NCBI GenBank assembly: GCA_032718475.1
Contig: JAUCBJ010007484.1
Coordinates: forward strand, 62,001-126,000
Reading direction: 5' to 3'
DNA: 64,000 nt
Source of the DNA: Nemertoderma westbladi
Lineage: Eukaryota > Animalia > Xenacoelomorpha
The first letter of the stretch is position 1; each line of letters begins with the position of its first letter. The notes under the pieces were generated by a model, which made no database searches, had not been told where the DNA came from, and worked only from the letters and a program-made list of their open reading frames with translations. Below are positions 54,501 to 64,000 of this stretch, piece after piece. A program made the position numbers and the translations under genes.

Positions 54501-55707
54501 GTGTAGACTTTAGAACCATAACAGGGTGTATGATTGTCGATTGTAGGATGTATGTTTGAGTGTAGACTTTAGAACCATAACAGGGTGTATGATTGTAGAT
54601 TGTAGGATGTATGTTTGAGTGTAGACTTTAGAACCATAACAGGGTGTATGATTATAGGATGTATGTTTGAGTGTAGACTTTAGAACCATAACAGGGTGTA
54701 TGATTGTAGGATGTATGTTTGAGTGTAGACTTTAGAACCATAACAGGGTGTATGATTGTAGATTGTAGGATGTATGTTTGAGTGTAGACTTTAGAACCAT
54801 AACAGGGTGTATGATTGTAGATTGTAGGATGTATGTTTGAGTGTAGACTTTAGAACCATAACAGGGTGTATGATTGTAGGATGTATGTTTGAGTGTTGAC
54901 TTTAGAACCATAACAGGGTGTATGATTGTAGGATGTAGTATGTTTGAGTGTAGACTTTAGAACCATAACAGGGTGTATGATTGTAGATTGTAGGATGTAT
55001 GTTTGAGTGTAGACTTTAGAACCATAACAGGGTGTATGATTATAGGATGTATGTTTGAGTGTAGACTTTAGAACCATAACAGGATGTATGATTGTAGATT
55101 GTAGGATGTATGTTTGAGTGTAGACTTTAGAACCATAACAGGGTGTATGATTATAGGATGTATGTTTGAGTGTAGACTTTAGAACCATAACAGGATGTAT
55201 GATTGTAGATTGTAGGATGTATGTTTGAGTGTAGACTTTAGAACCATAACAGGGTGTATGATTGTAGGATGTATGTTTGAGTGTAGACTTTAGAACCATA
55301 ACAGGGTGTATGATTGTAGATTGTAGGATGTATGTTTGAGTGTAGACTTTAGAACCATAACAGGGTGTATGATTGTAGATTGTAGGATGTATGTTTGAGT
55401 GTAGACTTTAGAACCATAACAGGGTGTATGATTATAGGATGTATGTTTGAGTGTAGACTTTAGAACCATAACAGGGTGTATGATTGTAGGATGTAGTATG
55501 TTTGAGTGTAGACTTTAGAACCATAACAGGGTGTATGATTGTAGGATGTATGTTTGAGTGTAGACTTTAGAACCATAACAGGGTGTATGATTGTAGGATG
55601 TAGTATGTTTGAGTGTAGACTTTAGAACCATAACAGGGTGTATGATTGTAGGATGTATGTTTGAGTGTAGACTTTAGAACCATAACAGGGTGTATGATTG
55701 TAGATTG
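48548..55707. repeat. 52-bp satellite, block 3, ending mid-monomer at the LTR
   Basis: Same monomer, enriched for the 59-bp variant; stops at ...GATTGTAGATTG immediately before TGTAAGAGC. Confidence 0.99.
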
Positions 55708-56397
55708 TGTAAGAGCGGTTGCTATGCTCTTGTGTATAAAACAATAAGATGATCTATGTGATTGTAATATGTTCAACTATAGTTGGATTTCACCCAGTTT
55801 ACACGGTTACGTCCCATAAAGAAGAATAATTTGTTTATTTGATTGGGAATTAGGAGCATATTTATTATAGAAAATATATAAGATAATAATATACGATTAT
55901 AAGCGGTAAGGGGTAATAAGATAACGGAAACATAAGAACATTAATACATAATAAGAGATCTAATAATATAAACGTAAAATATCGTAAGAGTCAAGAATAC
56001 AAAGTAATAAAGAGTGTTAATAGGGGGAGTTTCCGTTTGGGAAACTGCGGAAATGAGACCAACTATAGTGAATGAGTAATGTTGAGCTCAGTAAGTTGTA
56101 GAAATACAGTGAAGTAATAATAGGGGTGACAGTGTGGTGGGCCTTGATTGGTTAATGGGTAATAAGGGATTGTAGCGCAGTGGAGATACCTACCTAATAT
56201 GGCTGAACAGGAGTGAAGGGAAGAATACAGCTGTTTATCTGTATAGGATAAACGGCTGTGAATGGGGGCAGCCACTAATGGTCGAATGAGTATATTGGAG
56301 ATGAGATAGATATTGGTTTGCAACAATAAGCTGGGAGAATGGGCGGTAATGTAATGATAATATATTTTTTATTGTTTGAGAGAGACCCGCCACTACA
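55708..56397 (-). repeat. 3' LTR of the BEL/Pao element (690 bp)
   Basis: Begins TGTAAGAGCGG at the satellite breakpoint and ends CCGCCACTACA (imperfect terminal inverted repeat, 8/11). Directly abuts a polypurine tract. The second LTR is not in the window, so the boundaries are inferred. Confidence 0.82.
55834..55866 (-). promoter_or_regulatory. Candidate polyadenylation signals in the LTR
   Basis: Two minus-strand AATAAA (55834-55839, 55861-55866), about 130-160 nt from the LTR 3' end; the AT-rich context lowers specificity. Confidence 0.4.
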
Positions 56398-56406
56398 GTC
56401 CCCCTT
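56398..56406 (-). other. Polypurine tract (plus-strand primer)
   Basis: Minus strand reads AAGGGGGAC immediately before TGTAGTGG of the LTR. Confidence 0.75.
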
Positions 56407-56575
56407 AAAAATTTTCAAATTTTTACACGATATCTGGGCTTCCTCAAAACATCTTAAAAATTTCAAATAATCGAAGGAACATCTTGTCCCACTCAAATAA
56501 TATTAATCTATGGCCTTTATATTTTACCTCGGTGGACGAACAGGACGTACAAAACAACGATTACACACAGGACAT

Positions 56576-56740
56576 ACATTTAAAAGTATGGGTAAACCAT
56601 ACGAATGACAGATAAACATAAAGGATACATATATGACGTACATTTAAAAGTATGGTGTTGCCATACGAGTGAAACAGACGTACAGAAGACAACACATATA
56701 ACACAGAGGACAAACATTTAAAAGTATGGATATACCATAC
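56576..56740. repeat. Three copies of ACATTTAAAA-GTATGG-N5-CCATAC hairpin motif in the retrotransposon 3' UTR
   Basis: Copies at 56576-56602 (loop GTAAA), 56640-56666 (TGTTG) and 56714-56740 (ATATA). Confidence 0.85.
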
Positions 56741-57398
56741 AAAGGAGATAAGAAGCTCCTTGGTATCTAAAGGGTCATTGAAGGTCAAAGATTAACATTA
56801 TTAATACAATACTTAAGGAAGGTAATTTGTTCAGTAATGTATTTGACGAAGTTAAGATACGTGTAATATCCAAATAATGTATCGTCAATTTTGTAAAATT
56901 AAGTTAAAATTGTTTATAATATATCTCATCTTAAGGACACTATGTAAATAGGAAACGATAAACAATTATGACACAATGATTTAGGATTATAGATTAGGTT
57001 GTTAGGAGTGTGGTGATAGATTAGTTAGAGTAACTACTATAAGGTGAATAAATTCAAAATACTTATGAATTACACCACTACATTACATTGTTTACAATGT
57101 ACCCTGTAAACTCGACCATCACCAATTGACACGGTTAATACTTAATAATATCTTTACCAATGGATCTCTAGTTATAATTTTATAGTTTGTTGCTTATAGT
57201 TCCATTTAACCGAGTTCAATATGCATCCTTCAGTGGTAGTCAACTAAGATGTGGACGACCATCACATCATACCCAGGAATTTTGGTAGCTAAAACCTAAA
57301 AGGAAATTAAGGGAAATTATTTAATATTTGATAAGTATACAAAGTATGCTGGTTTATTAGTTAATTTAATTATAATTAATTTTAGTAGTAGTTTATTG

Positions 57399-60300
57399 TT
57401 ACTTATTTATTTTCTCTAAGAGGCATAGTTTATCAAGTGGTCTTTTGTAAACTCCCAAGGAGGTTTTTACTTCAACTGATCTAATTAACCCCACATCATC
57501 AGGGTATACTTGCGTTATACGACCCACACTCCAACTACTGCGTGTTTGACCTTCATCTACAAGCAATACGACATCGCCTACTGCAAGGTTGTTGCGAACA
57601 CGTGTCCACTTCTGTCTTGATTGAAGTGTCACTAAGTATTCGCGTACCCAGCGGGTCCAAAAATGATTGGCTAGTAACTGAGCCTGGCGCCATTTACGAG
57701 TTGAGTATGTATCACTGTCGTAGATGGGACCTGGTGGTAAATTGTAAGCAGGGTGCTGTAATAGAAGGTGGTTCGGAGTTAATATTTCATCAGCTTTAGG
57801 GTCATCGGTACTAAGGCACAAGGGGCGGCTGTTTAGAATGCACTCTACTTCTGCTAATGATGTCACTAACACGTCATCTGTGACAAGAGAATTTCCAAGG
57901 ACCTGAAACAGAACTTGTTTGATTGAACGGATCAGCCGTTCATATACACCACCCATATGGGGGGCGTACGGTGTTATAAATTTCCATGTAATGCCCTTTG
58001 GGCGCAGGGCAATATCGATCTGATGTTCCCATAGTTCCAGGTTTTGCCGTAATTCTGAATCGGCACCTACGAAGTTTCCCCCATTGTCTGAAACTATTTC
58101 CTTTGGCGAACCTCTCCGTGCTTTAAAACGGGAGAACACATTGATAAAGGCATCAGCTGATGCATCAGCAGCTACATCGAGGTGTACTGCTCTACAGTTA
58201 AGGCACGTAAAGATAAAGGCATAACGCTTTATAGAACCTCTCCCGTATTTGACCTTTAGTGGACCAAACATATCAACGGCTGAAAACGTAAATGGCGGCT
58301 CATATGGGGTCAGTCTAGAGGACGGCAATGGCGCCATAAGCTGATTCACACGTGGAGCCTTACATTGCCGACATTTAAAGCACTTACGTATTAAAGACTT
58401 GCAGAAAGTGATAAGGCCAGGGATCCAATAGGATTCCCTTACCTTGGCAACTACTTGGTTGGGACCGGCATGTAATAAATAGATGTGCCAGTGCCATACT
58501 ATGACATTTGTAAGTGGGTGTAACTTACTCAAAATTATAGGGTGTTTTGTATCGTAGGATACTGGGGTGGAGGTAATGCGGCCACCTACCCGCAATAAAC
58601 CATCCTGAGTTAGGATTGGCGCTAGATTAGCTAGTGGGCTTGAGCAAGCTACTGGGGATGAATGCAGTAACATTTGAATTTCGTTGGGATAGGATTGCCT
58701 CTGTGAGAAATAAATTAGACATCGTCCAGCATGGTGACGTTCACTTACCGAGACAAATTTCCCTTTAAGATTTAAGACCGAATTTGGATTTAAAGAATAC
58801 TTGCAAAGACGTAAGATCCATGCGAACAGAGTCTGTAATTTATTCCATGACGAATGTTTAGCTATAAGTGAACCTATAGCATTAAATGCTGTGTTAGAAT
58901 CAATGTGGACATTAAGAATTATTTCAGTGTCAGGATTGTGGTATGGTGTCTGTTCTTCGACAACTATGTCAAACCAGAAGTCTGTCATGGTGATGTCATC
59001 GTTATAATCAATATCAGATGATACCAATATATGAGAAGTTAACACATCTGGGTTATTGATTAGTGTATTAGTGATAGTTTCTGGGCATATGGTTGACACT
59101 GTCGTCCATGTTTCCTCAGGCTGAACGAGAAAAGGAGGCCCATGCCACCACTTCTGTGAATTAATGAGCTTGACTGCTGTAAGCCCACGAGTAATGTCAT
59201 CTGCAGGGTTTAAATGACCAGGTACATGTTGCCATTGTGAACTGGTTGTACGATCAAGGATATACTTAGCGCGGTTGTGAACAAAACATCGAAATTGCTT
59301 GACGGTGTTGTTTATGTACCCAAGTACGACAGTAGAGTCTGTCCAAAAATAACATTTAGCGATTGGTAAGTCTAGGGATTCTAACACAGTTTCACTTACC
59401 TGTGCTGCTAAAACTGCAGCTTGGAGCTCTAATCGAGGAACTGAATGTCCAGAGGCTGTACGAACTAACTTACCTTTGCTGAAAACGAAAGATGAATTTA
59501 TTTCATTTTCACTTACAGATCGGATGTACAATACTGTACCGTAGGCCACTTTAGAAGCGTCTGAGAAAATATGTAGCTGGTAGTTGATTGGACCCGAATG
59601 GACGGGGATGTACATCCTAGGGATTTCCAGTTCGCTGAGCATAGGAAGTTGATCTCGCCACTTCATCCATTGACGTGCTGTATCTGGTGGGAGTGGGGTA
59701 TCCCAGTCTAATTCCATTGACCACATTTTTGCTATAACTAATCGACCTGCTATGATTAAAGGCAAGATAAAGTTAATGGGATCGTACAATGAGCTAGTCA
59801 AAGAGACGCATCCCCGTTTAGTTAATGGTGTGTTTTTAAGCACATAGGAGAATATGAAGTTATCTGAATTTGTGTCCCAGGAAACTCCAAGGGCACGGGT
59901 TATAGGAAGATTATCAAAATCTAAGTTAATGAAGGATTTTGCCTTTTCTGAATCGGGAAAGGCATCTAGGAATTGTCTAGAATTGGAGGCAAATTTTGTG
60001 AGGTGAAAGCCACCTAATTTGAGGCAATCTACCATCCCAGAAGCGATGTGAATAGCTTCGGAGACAGATGCTGCACTTTTGAGGCCATCATCCACATACA
60101 TGTGGCGATTAATGGCATCAATCACCTCCGGGCTAAAATGACTGGCATTATCAATAGCAGTTCGTTTGACTGATCCTGATGCCACAAAGGATGAATCGCA
60201 TGCACCAAATATATGTACTAACATTTGGTAAGTCTCCACTGTGGTAGAGCCATCGGGCTGCCACAAAAAGCGAAGACTATCGGCATCGCCTGGTGTGACT

Positions 60301-60518
60301 CTCACCTGGTGGTACATTTCCTTTATGTCGCAGGTGAAAGCCACAGGATATTGTCGAAAACGCAAAATAATTCCAATAAGGCTACTGGTGAGATTAGGAC
60401 CTTCTAACAATTGACTATTGAGGGACATCCCTCGGTATAAGGCAGCAGCATCATTTACGATCCTTATCTCACCAGGCTTGTTGGGATTCTCAACAAAATG
60501 ATGGGCGAGGTAATATGT
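57399..60518 (-). CDS. pol: BEL/Pao Pol: reverse transcriptase, RNase H, integrase (track ORF 57399-60428; frame is open up to the TAG at 60519-60521)
   Basis: RT: [43 protein letters not shown], YVDD. RNase H: [31 protein letters not shown]. Integrase: H-X4-H...CFKC, [25 protein letters not shown]. C-terminal [10 protein letters not shown]...LAVGDVVLL typical of Pao elements. Confidence 0.95.
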   Translation of the reverse strand, partial: [1039 protein letters not shown]

Positions 60519-63500
60519 CTATGGCCCTGGGGTTATCTCACATGGTAGGAGTTTGCGAGCATAACCCTTCAAGACATAATCGTCTATTTTTTGTTGATAA
60601 AGGGCATGGATATGTGGCTTACGATGTAGCTGACGGATTAAATATGCGAAACGGGATTTTGCCATATTATAATTATTAATTAATAATGGAGGTGAGTCCC
60701 TCCAGAGCATTCCTACCTGATAGTGACCATCCACTAGACGTATTGACTTAGAAAACATTTCTAATGCTTTTAAGTCATCCATGGATGGTGATAGAAACTC
60801 ATCGATGAGGGGTGAGGGTTTTGGGTCTGAAGGTGAACTTTCAGCAAAACTCTGAAATTTCATCCATTGAGTGACCTGTTTAGAGATGTCGCGGTCTGTG
60901 CAAGGGTCATTGACTGTGATGTGATTAAACTGTGTTACTGTACTATTGGGTTCAACTGCTTTACAGCTCACAGGACCGATTATGCACCATCCAAATGGTG
61001 TCCTAATTGCAGAGGGATTAGGGTTCCCAGCCTTTGGGAATACATGTACATCCCTAGCTAGGGCCTCAGGATGGTTACCACCAACCAGAATTGTGATTGA
61101 TGGGATATCAAGATTAGGGCAGCATGTCACATATGGCAATATGTGATCTAAGTGCTGGAGCGTTTTAGGACACAGTTGTGTTACATCATATGAGTAATCC
61201 CTTTTGAAATCGGGGACTACAAATACTTGAGGCATGTTGATGACAAAATTGGGTTTAATTTCTGGCTGTCCTTTGATAGGTGAGATACTACATGATATTT
61301 CCCCAGGAGAAACAGACATATTTGATTGGAAGACAGTGCTGACATTAAGAGAAGTAGTTTCGGGAATGATACCAAGAGTATCGGTTACATTTTTGTCAAC
61401 AAATGTCGCAGTAGACCCATCATCAAGAAGTGCATATGTAGTGAGTGATTTATTGGCAATGCATATGGTTACTGGGACTACTGATAACCATACGGGTTGT
61501 ACTTTGGCAATTGATAAGTGTACAGACATGGAATTGTTTGAACTTTGTGCGCTGATGTTGCCACCTTTAGATTTTGGTCGGTCGGTGTGGCTACCAGAGC
61601 TCTCACTACTCGCAGGGTCCTTGACACTCTGTTTAGATTTATTGGAATCGGAAGCCTTTGAAAATACATACGCACCATGGAATAAGGTATTGTGTTTTCC
61701 TTTGCAATCGGGAGCAAAACACACATCAACAGATTTGCAGTCCGGAATAAGATGTGAATTTGCAAAACATCGAAAGCACAACTGGTATGAACGTACGCAG
61801 TTTAACCGTTCTTGTGGTGTAAGATTTAGAAAGGTTTTGCATTGACTGATTTTATGCCCATGTTGTTTACAGCATGGGCAGGGGTGGGATTTTAACACTT
61901 TGGGATTATTACCGACCCCTGAAGTAACTGGGATATGTACTTCAGTGGCCAAGGTTGTAACCTTTGGGCGAGGCTCAAATGAGCCACGGTCAACTATACT
62001 ATAAACAGGGTCATTTATAATATCGGCTTCATTGTCAAGGAAGTCCGCAAGCTCATTGAGAGTGGGTTCCCTTTGAGAACGAGCACGAATACCGTGAGCA
62101 ACTCGACGCCATCTTGCAAGATGCTCAGTTGGTAGGTTAGAGGCAAGTTGTTTGAGGTTCGAGGTAGCATTCATTTCATGACTGTTGCTTAAGTGCTGAA
62201 GAACGGTAACCTTACTTCTTACCTTATCAGCATAGTCACGAAGTTTTTCCCTTTTTATTCCAAAAGATCCATTTAAATCTACAGAAGAGACGAGATCTCT
62301 TAGTGTAGCTTCAATGATTACACTAGGGTGACCATAACGTTTATGCAAGGTCTCCCAAGCCTTAGTGTAACCATTTGAAAGTCCTTCATAAGCCTCAACT
62401 AGCTCATGAGGTTTGCCAGACGTGTATTGTAAAAGGTACTGCAATTTTTCCACATCAGAAAAATCACGTAAGTCGATATGAGCCTTAAAGGTAGCCACAA
62501 AAGATATATACTTAGCTGAATCACCACTCAATTTTGTAGGTTCAGGGCGTGGCAAGGATAGCTTAGTATTTAATTTGCCTAAGGCATCTAGGGTGTGAGA
62601 GAGACCAGAATCTTGTAAGGCAAAATCTGATGGTGCACCATTGTGTGGGTTGGATAATGGGGACCCTCCAAAATAGACACCACTTGTTACTATAGTGGGG
62701 TCACCTGCAATGGAAATAGAAGATCTATCATTAGGGTTCATGGATGTAATACTCGATAGTGCAGAAATAGGAGCATTTCTATCGAAATATACTGGACCAT
62801 TGTGTCCCCCCATGGCAAATTGTACATGATTTGAATTAGGAGCATTTACTGCAGACTGACCAACAGAGATTGAACTAGCAGTTACAGATGCTACGGGATT
62901 ACATAAAAATCCAGGAGTCTCACTGTATTGATACTGTAGGCCAGTGGTACTATATGGGAAATATTGTCCCTCGTCATATAAGTTTTGTCCCCCCATGGTA
63001 AATGATGGGACGTGAGATATATTATGGGTATTGTATCGCGCAGAAGAGGCAAACTTGGGGTGCCTCTCTCGTGCAGATTGTCCCGGAACATTGCTGGGAC
63101 ATGATGGGACACTTTGACCTATGGGGTGGGAAGGGTGGGGGAATTTTCCCCCTATGGGGCATGTTGAAACATATATAGATGGACATGTAAGGCTATTTAC
63201 ATCAAGAGATGTAAATGCCACAGGCTCCTCTTGACTATATTGTTCCCGGCTGGTAGTAAGATAGGATGGGACATATTGTCCTCCAGAAGTATAGGATGAA
63301 TAAATGCATTGTCCGGCCGAGGAACTTCTTGGATATCTTTGAGAATACTGACTTAAGGAAGATGCAGTATTAAAAAGCGATGTTGGGGGTATAAAGAGAC
63401 CAGTTGTACAAAAATTACCTAGTGGGATAATTTCAGAAACTCTACTATTAATTAGCGCACTAGTAGGTCTTATAGGAGAAGTAAGAGAAAAAATTGGAAG

Positions 63501-63998
63501 TTGAGATGACACTACTGATGTTGTTTCTACAGTGACAGGGTAGGAATGAGATTGACTAGACTGCAGATTATTTTGTGCTGATTCATAGGAATCTGAGGCA
63601 CTCACATTAACAGGTAGGCCCGTGGTTGCTATGGCAACAGGGTCGACTGGAGACTCTGATTGGATCCTTGTATTAACAGTCACATTATTGTTAAGATTAC
63701 TTTCAGTTTGTACACTAATTGGTACGTCATACGTGGGAGATCTTTTTGGTGATTGTAATAGCGCAGAAGCTACATAATCTGCTTCTGCTTCTCCAAATTC
63801 AGGTGATTTCAACTCTAAAGCTTCTTCAAGTGCTGCAAGTGCAAGAGCATCGCGTAGGCCACGTTCCTTTGCCAAGCGAGTAATTTCTTTCTGTTGCCGC
63901 TCTGATTTTTGTAATATCAATGTGTCAGCCTGATCTGCCTGAGCAGCTGCTCCTGACTGCTCGAGCTGTAGCAGGAGTAATTTTCGCTTGACTTTGGC
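60519..63998 (-). CDS. gag: BEL/Pao Gag-protease portion of the polyprotein (5'-partial; frame open to the window edge)
   Basis: Gag core LPRPEPTKLSGD...EKLQYL...AWETLHKRYG. Knuckles CPCCKQHGHKISQC, CFRCFANSHLIPDC, CFAPDCKGKHNTLFH. Aspartic protease YALLDDGSTATFV. No stop between 63920 and the edge, so the track's TTG start is not the real start. Confidence 0.93.
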   Translation of the reverse strand, partial: AKVKRKLLLLQLEQSGAAAQADQADTLILQKSERQQKEITRLAKERGLRDALALAALEEALELKSPEFGEAEADYVASALLQSPKRSPTYDVPISVQTESNLNNNVTVNTRIQSESPVDPVAIATTGLPVNVSASDSYESAQNNLQSSQSHSYPVTVETTSVVSSQLPIFSLTSPIRPTSALINSRVSEIIPLGNFCTTGLFIPPTSLFNTASSLSQYSQRYPRSSSAGQCIYSSYTSGGQYVPSYLTTSREQYSQEEPVAFTSLDVNSLTCPSIYVSTCPIGGKFPHPSHPIGQSVPSCPSNVPGQSARERHPKFASSARYNTHNISHVPSFTMGGQNLYDEGQYFPYSTTGLQYQYSETPGFLCNPVASVTASSISVGQSAVNAPNSNHVQFAMGGHNGPVYFDRNAPISALSSITSMNPNDRSSISIAGDPTIVTSGVYFGGSPLSNPHNGAPSDFALQDSGLSHTLDALGKLNTKLSLPRPEPTKLSGDSAKYISFVATFKAHIDLRDFSDVEKLQYLLQYTSGKPHELVEAYEGLSNGYTKAWETLHKRYGHPSVIIEATLRDLVSSVDLNGSFGIKREKLRDYADKVRSKVTVLQHLSNSHEMNATSNLKQLASNLPTEHLARWRRVAHGIRARSQREPTLNELADFLDNEADIINDPVYSIVDRGSFEPRPKVTTLATEVHIPVTSGVGNNPKVLKSHPCPCCKQHGHKISQCKTFLNLTPQERLNCVRSYQLCFRCFANSHLIPDCKSVDVCFAPDCKGKHNTLFHGAYVFSKASDSNKSKQSVKDPASSESSGSHTDRPKSKGGNISAQSSNNSMSVHLSIAKVQPVWLSVVPVTICIANKSLTTYALLDDGSTATFVDKNVTDTLGIIPETTSLNVSTVFQSNMSVSPGEISCSISPIKGQPEIKPNFVINMPQVFVVPDFKRDYSYDVTQLCPKTLQHLDHILPYVTCCPNLDIPSITILVGGNHPEALARDVHVFPKAGNPNPSAIRTPFGWCIIGPVSCKAVEPNSTVTQFNHITVNDPCTDRDISKQVTQWMKFQSFAESSPSDPKPSPLIDEFLSPSMDDLKALEMFSKSIRLVDGHYQVGMLWRDSPPLLINNYNMAKSRFAYLIRQLHRKPHIHALYQQKIDDYVLKGYARKLLPCEITPGP

Positions 63999-64000
63999 AC

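Larger units (their letters stand above)
55708..64000 (-). mobile_element. BEL/Pao family LTR retrotransposon (5' part beyond the right edge)
   Basis: Domain order gag (three Cys/His knuckles)-protease-RT-RNase H-integrase with Pao-type motifs, followed by 3' UTR, PPT and TG...CA LTR. Confidence 0.96.

Noticed and set aside
1-55707. CRISPR array (regular period, TTTAGAACCAT superficially like type II repeats)
   Set aside because: No unique spacers, no cas genes, eukaryotic context.
948-55776. Dozens of minus-strand ORFs (MVLKSTLKHT..., up to 261 aa at 50311-51096)
   Set aside because: They are translations of the satellite. The minus strand of the consensus monomer has only one stop, and 52+59=111-bp alternations skip it. 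There is no sign of coding constraint.
57542-63112. Short alternative-frame and antisense ORFs over gag-pol (for example 61234-61845 +, 203 aa) and small ORFs at 56063-56788
   Set aside because: Shadow ORFs of the polyprotein or chance ORFs in the LTR/UTR; no motifs and no env-like ORF.
55708-64000. BEL/Pao element as the autonomous partner of the retrozyme
   Set aside because: The retrozyme has no LTRs, PBS, PPT or TG...CA ends, and its 11-bp TSD does not fit an LTR integrase; no shared sequence seen.

Overview
Eukaryotic (probably metazoan) repetitive DNA with no host genes. Bases 1-55707 are one tandem array of roughly 1000 copies of a 52-bp G/T-rich satellite monomer (length variants 53/55/59 bp); the satellite ORFs in the track are artefacts of it. 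Two copies of one insertion interrupt the array (43760-44457 and 47479-48547). Each is a head-to-tail array of a 371-bp unit (about 1.9 and 2.9 copies) flanked by an 11-bp target-site duplication. Each unit carries a type I hammerhead ribozyme with a palindromic stem III at the tip of a long self-complementary rod, so it looks like a non-LTR retrozyme (circular-RNA retroelement). Unusually, the ribozyme sits inside a tRNA-shaped scaffold between Pol III A and B boxes. A monomer matching the empty pre-insertion site survives at about 39.0 kb. From 55708 to the window end lies a minus-strand BEL/Pao LTR retrotransposon (690-bp 3' LTR, PPT, 1-kb 3' UTR, gag-pro-RT-RNaseH-IN) whose polyprotein frame is broken by one in-frame TAG. 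All structures were derived by eye; no folding or database search was run.
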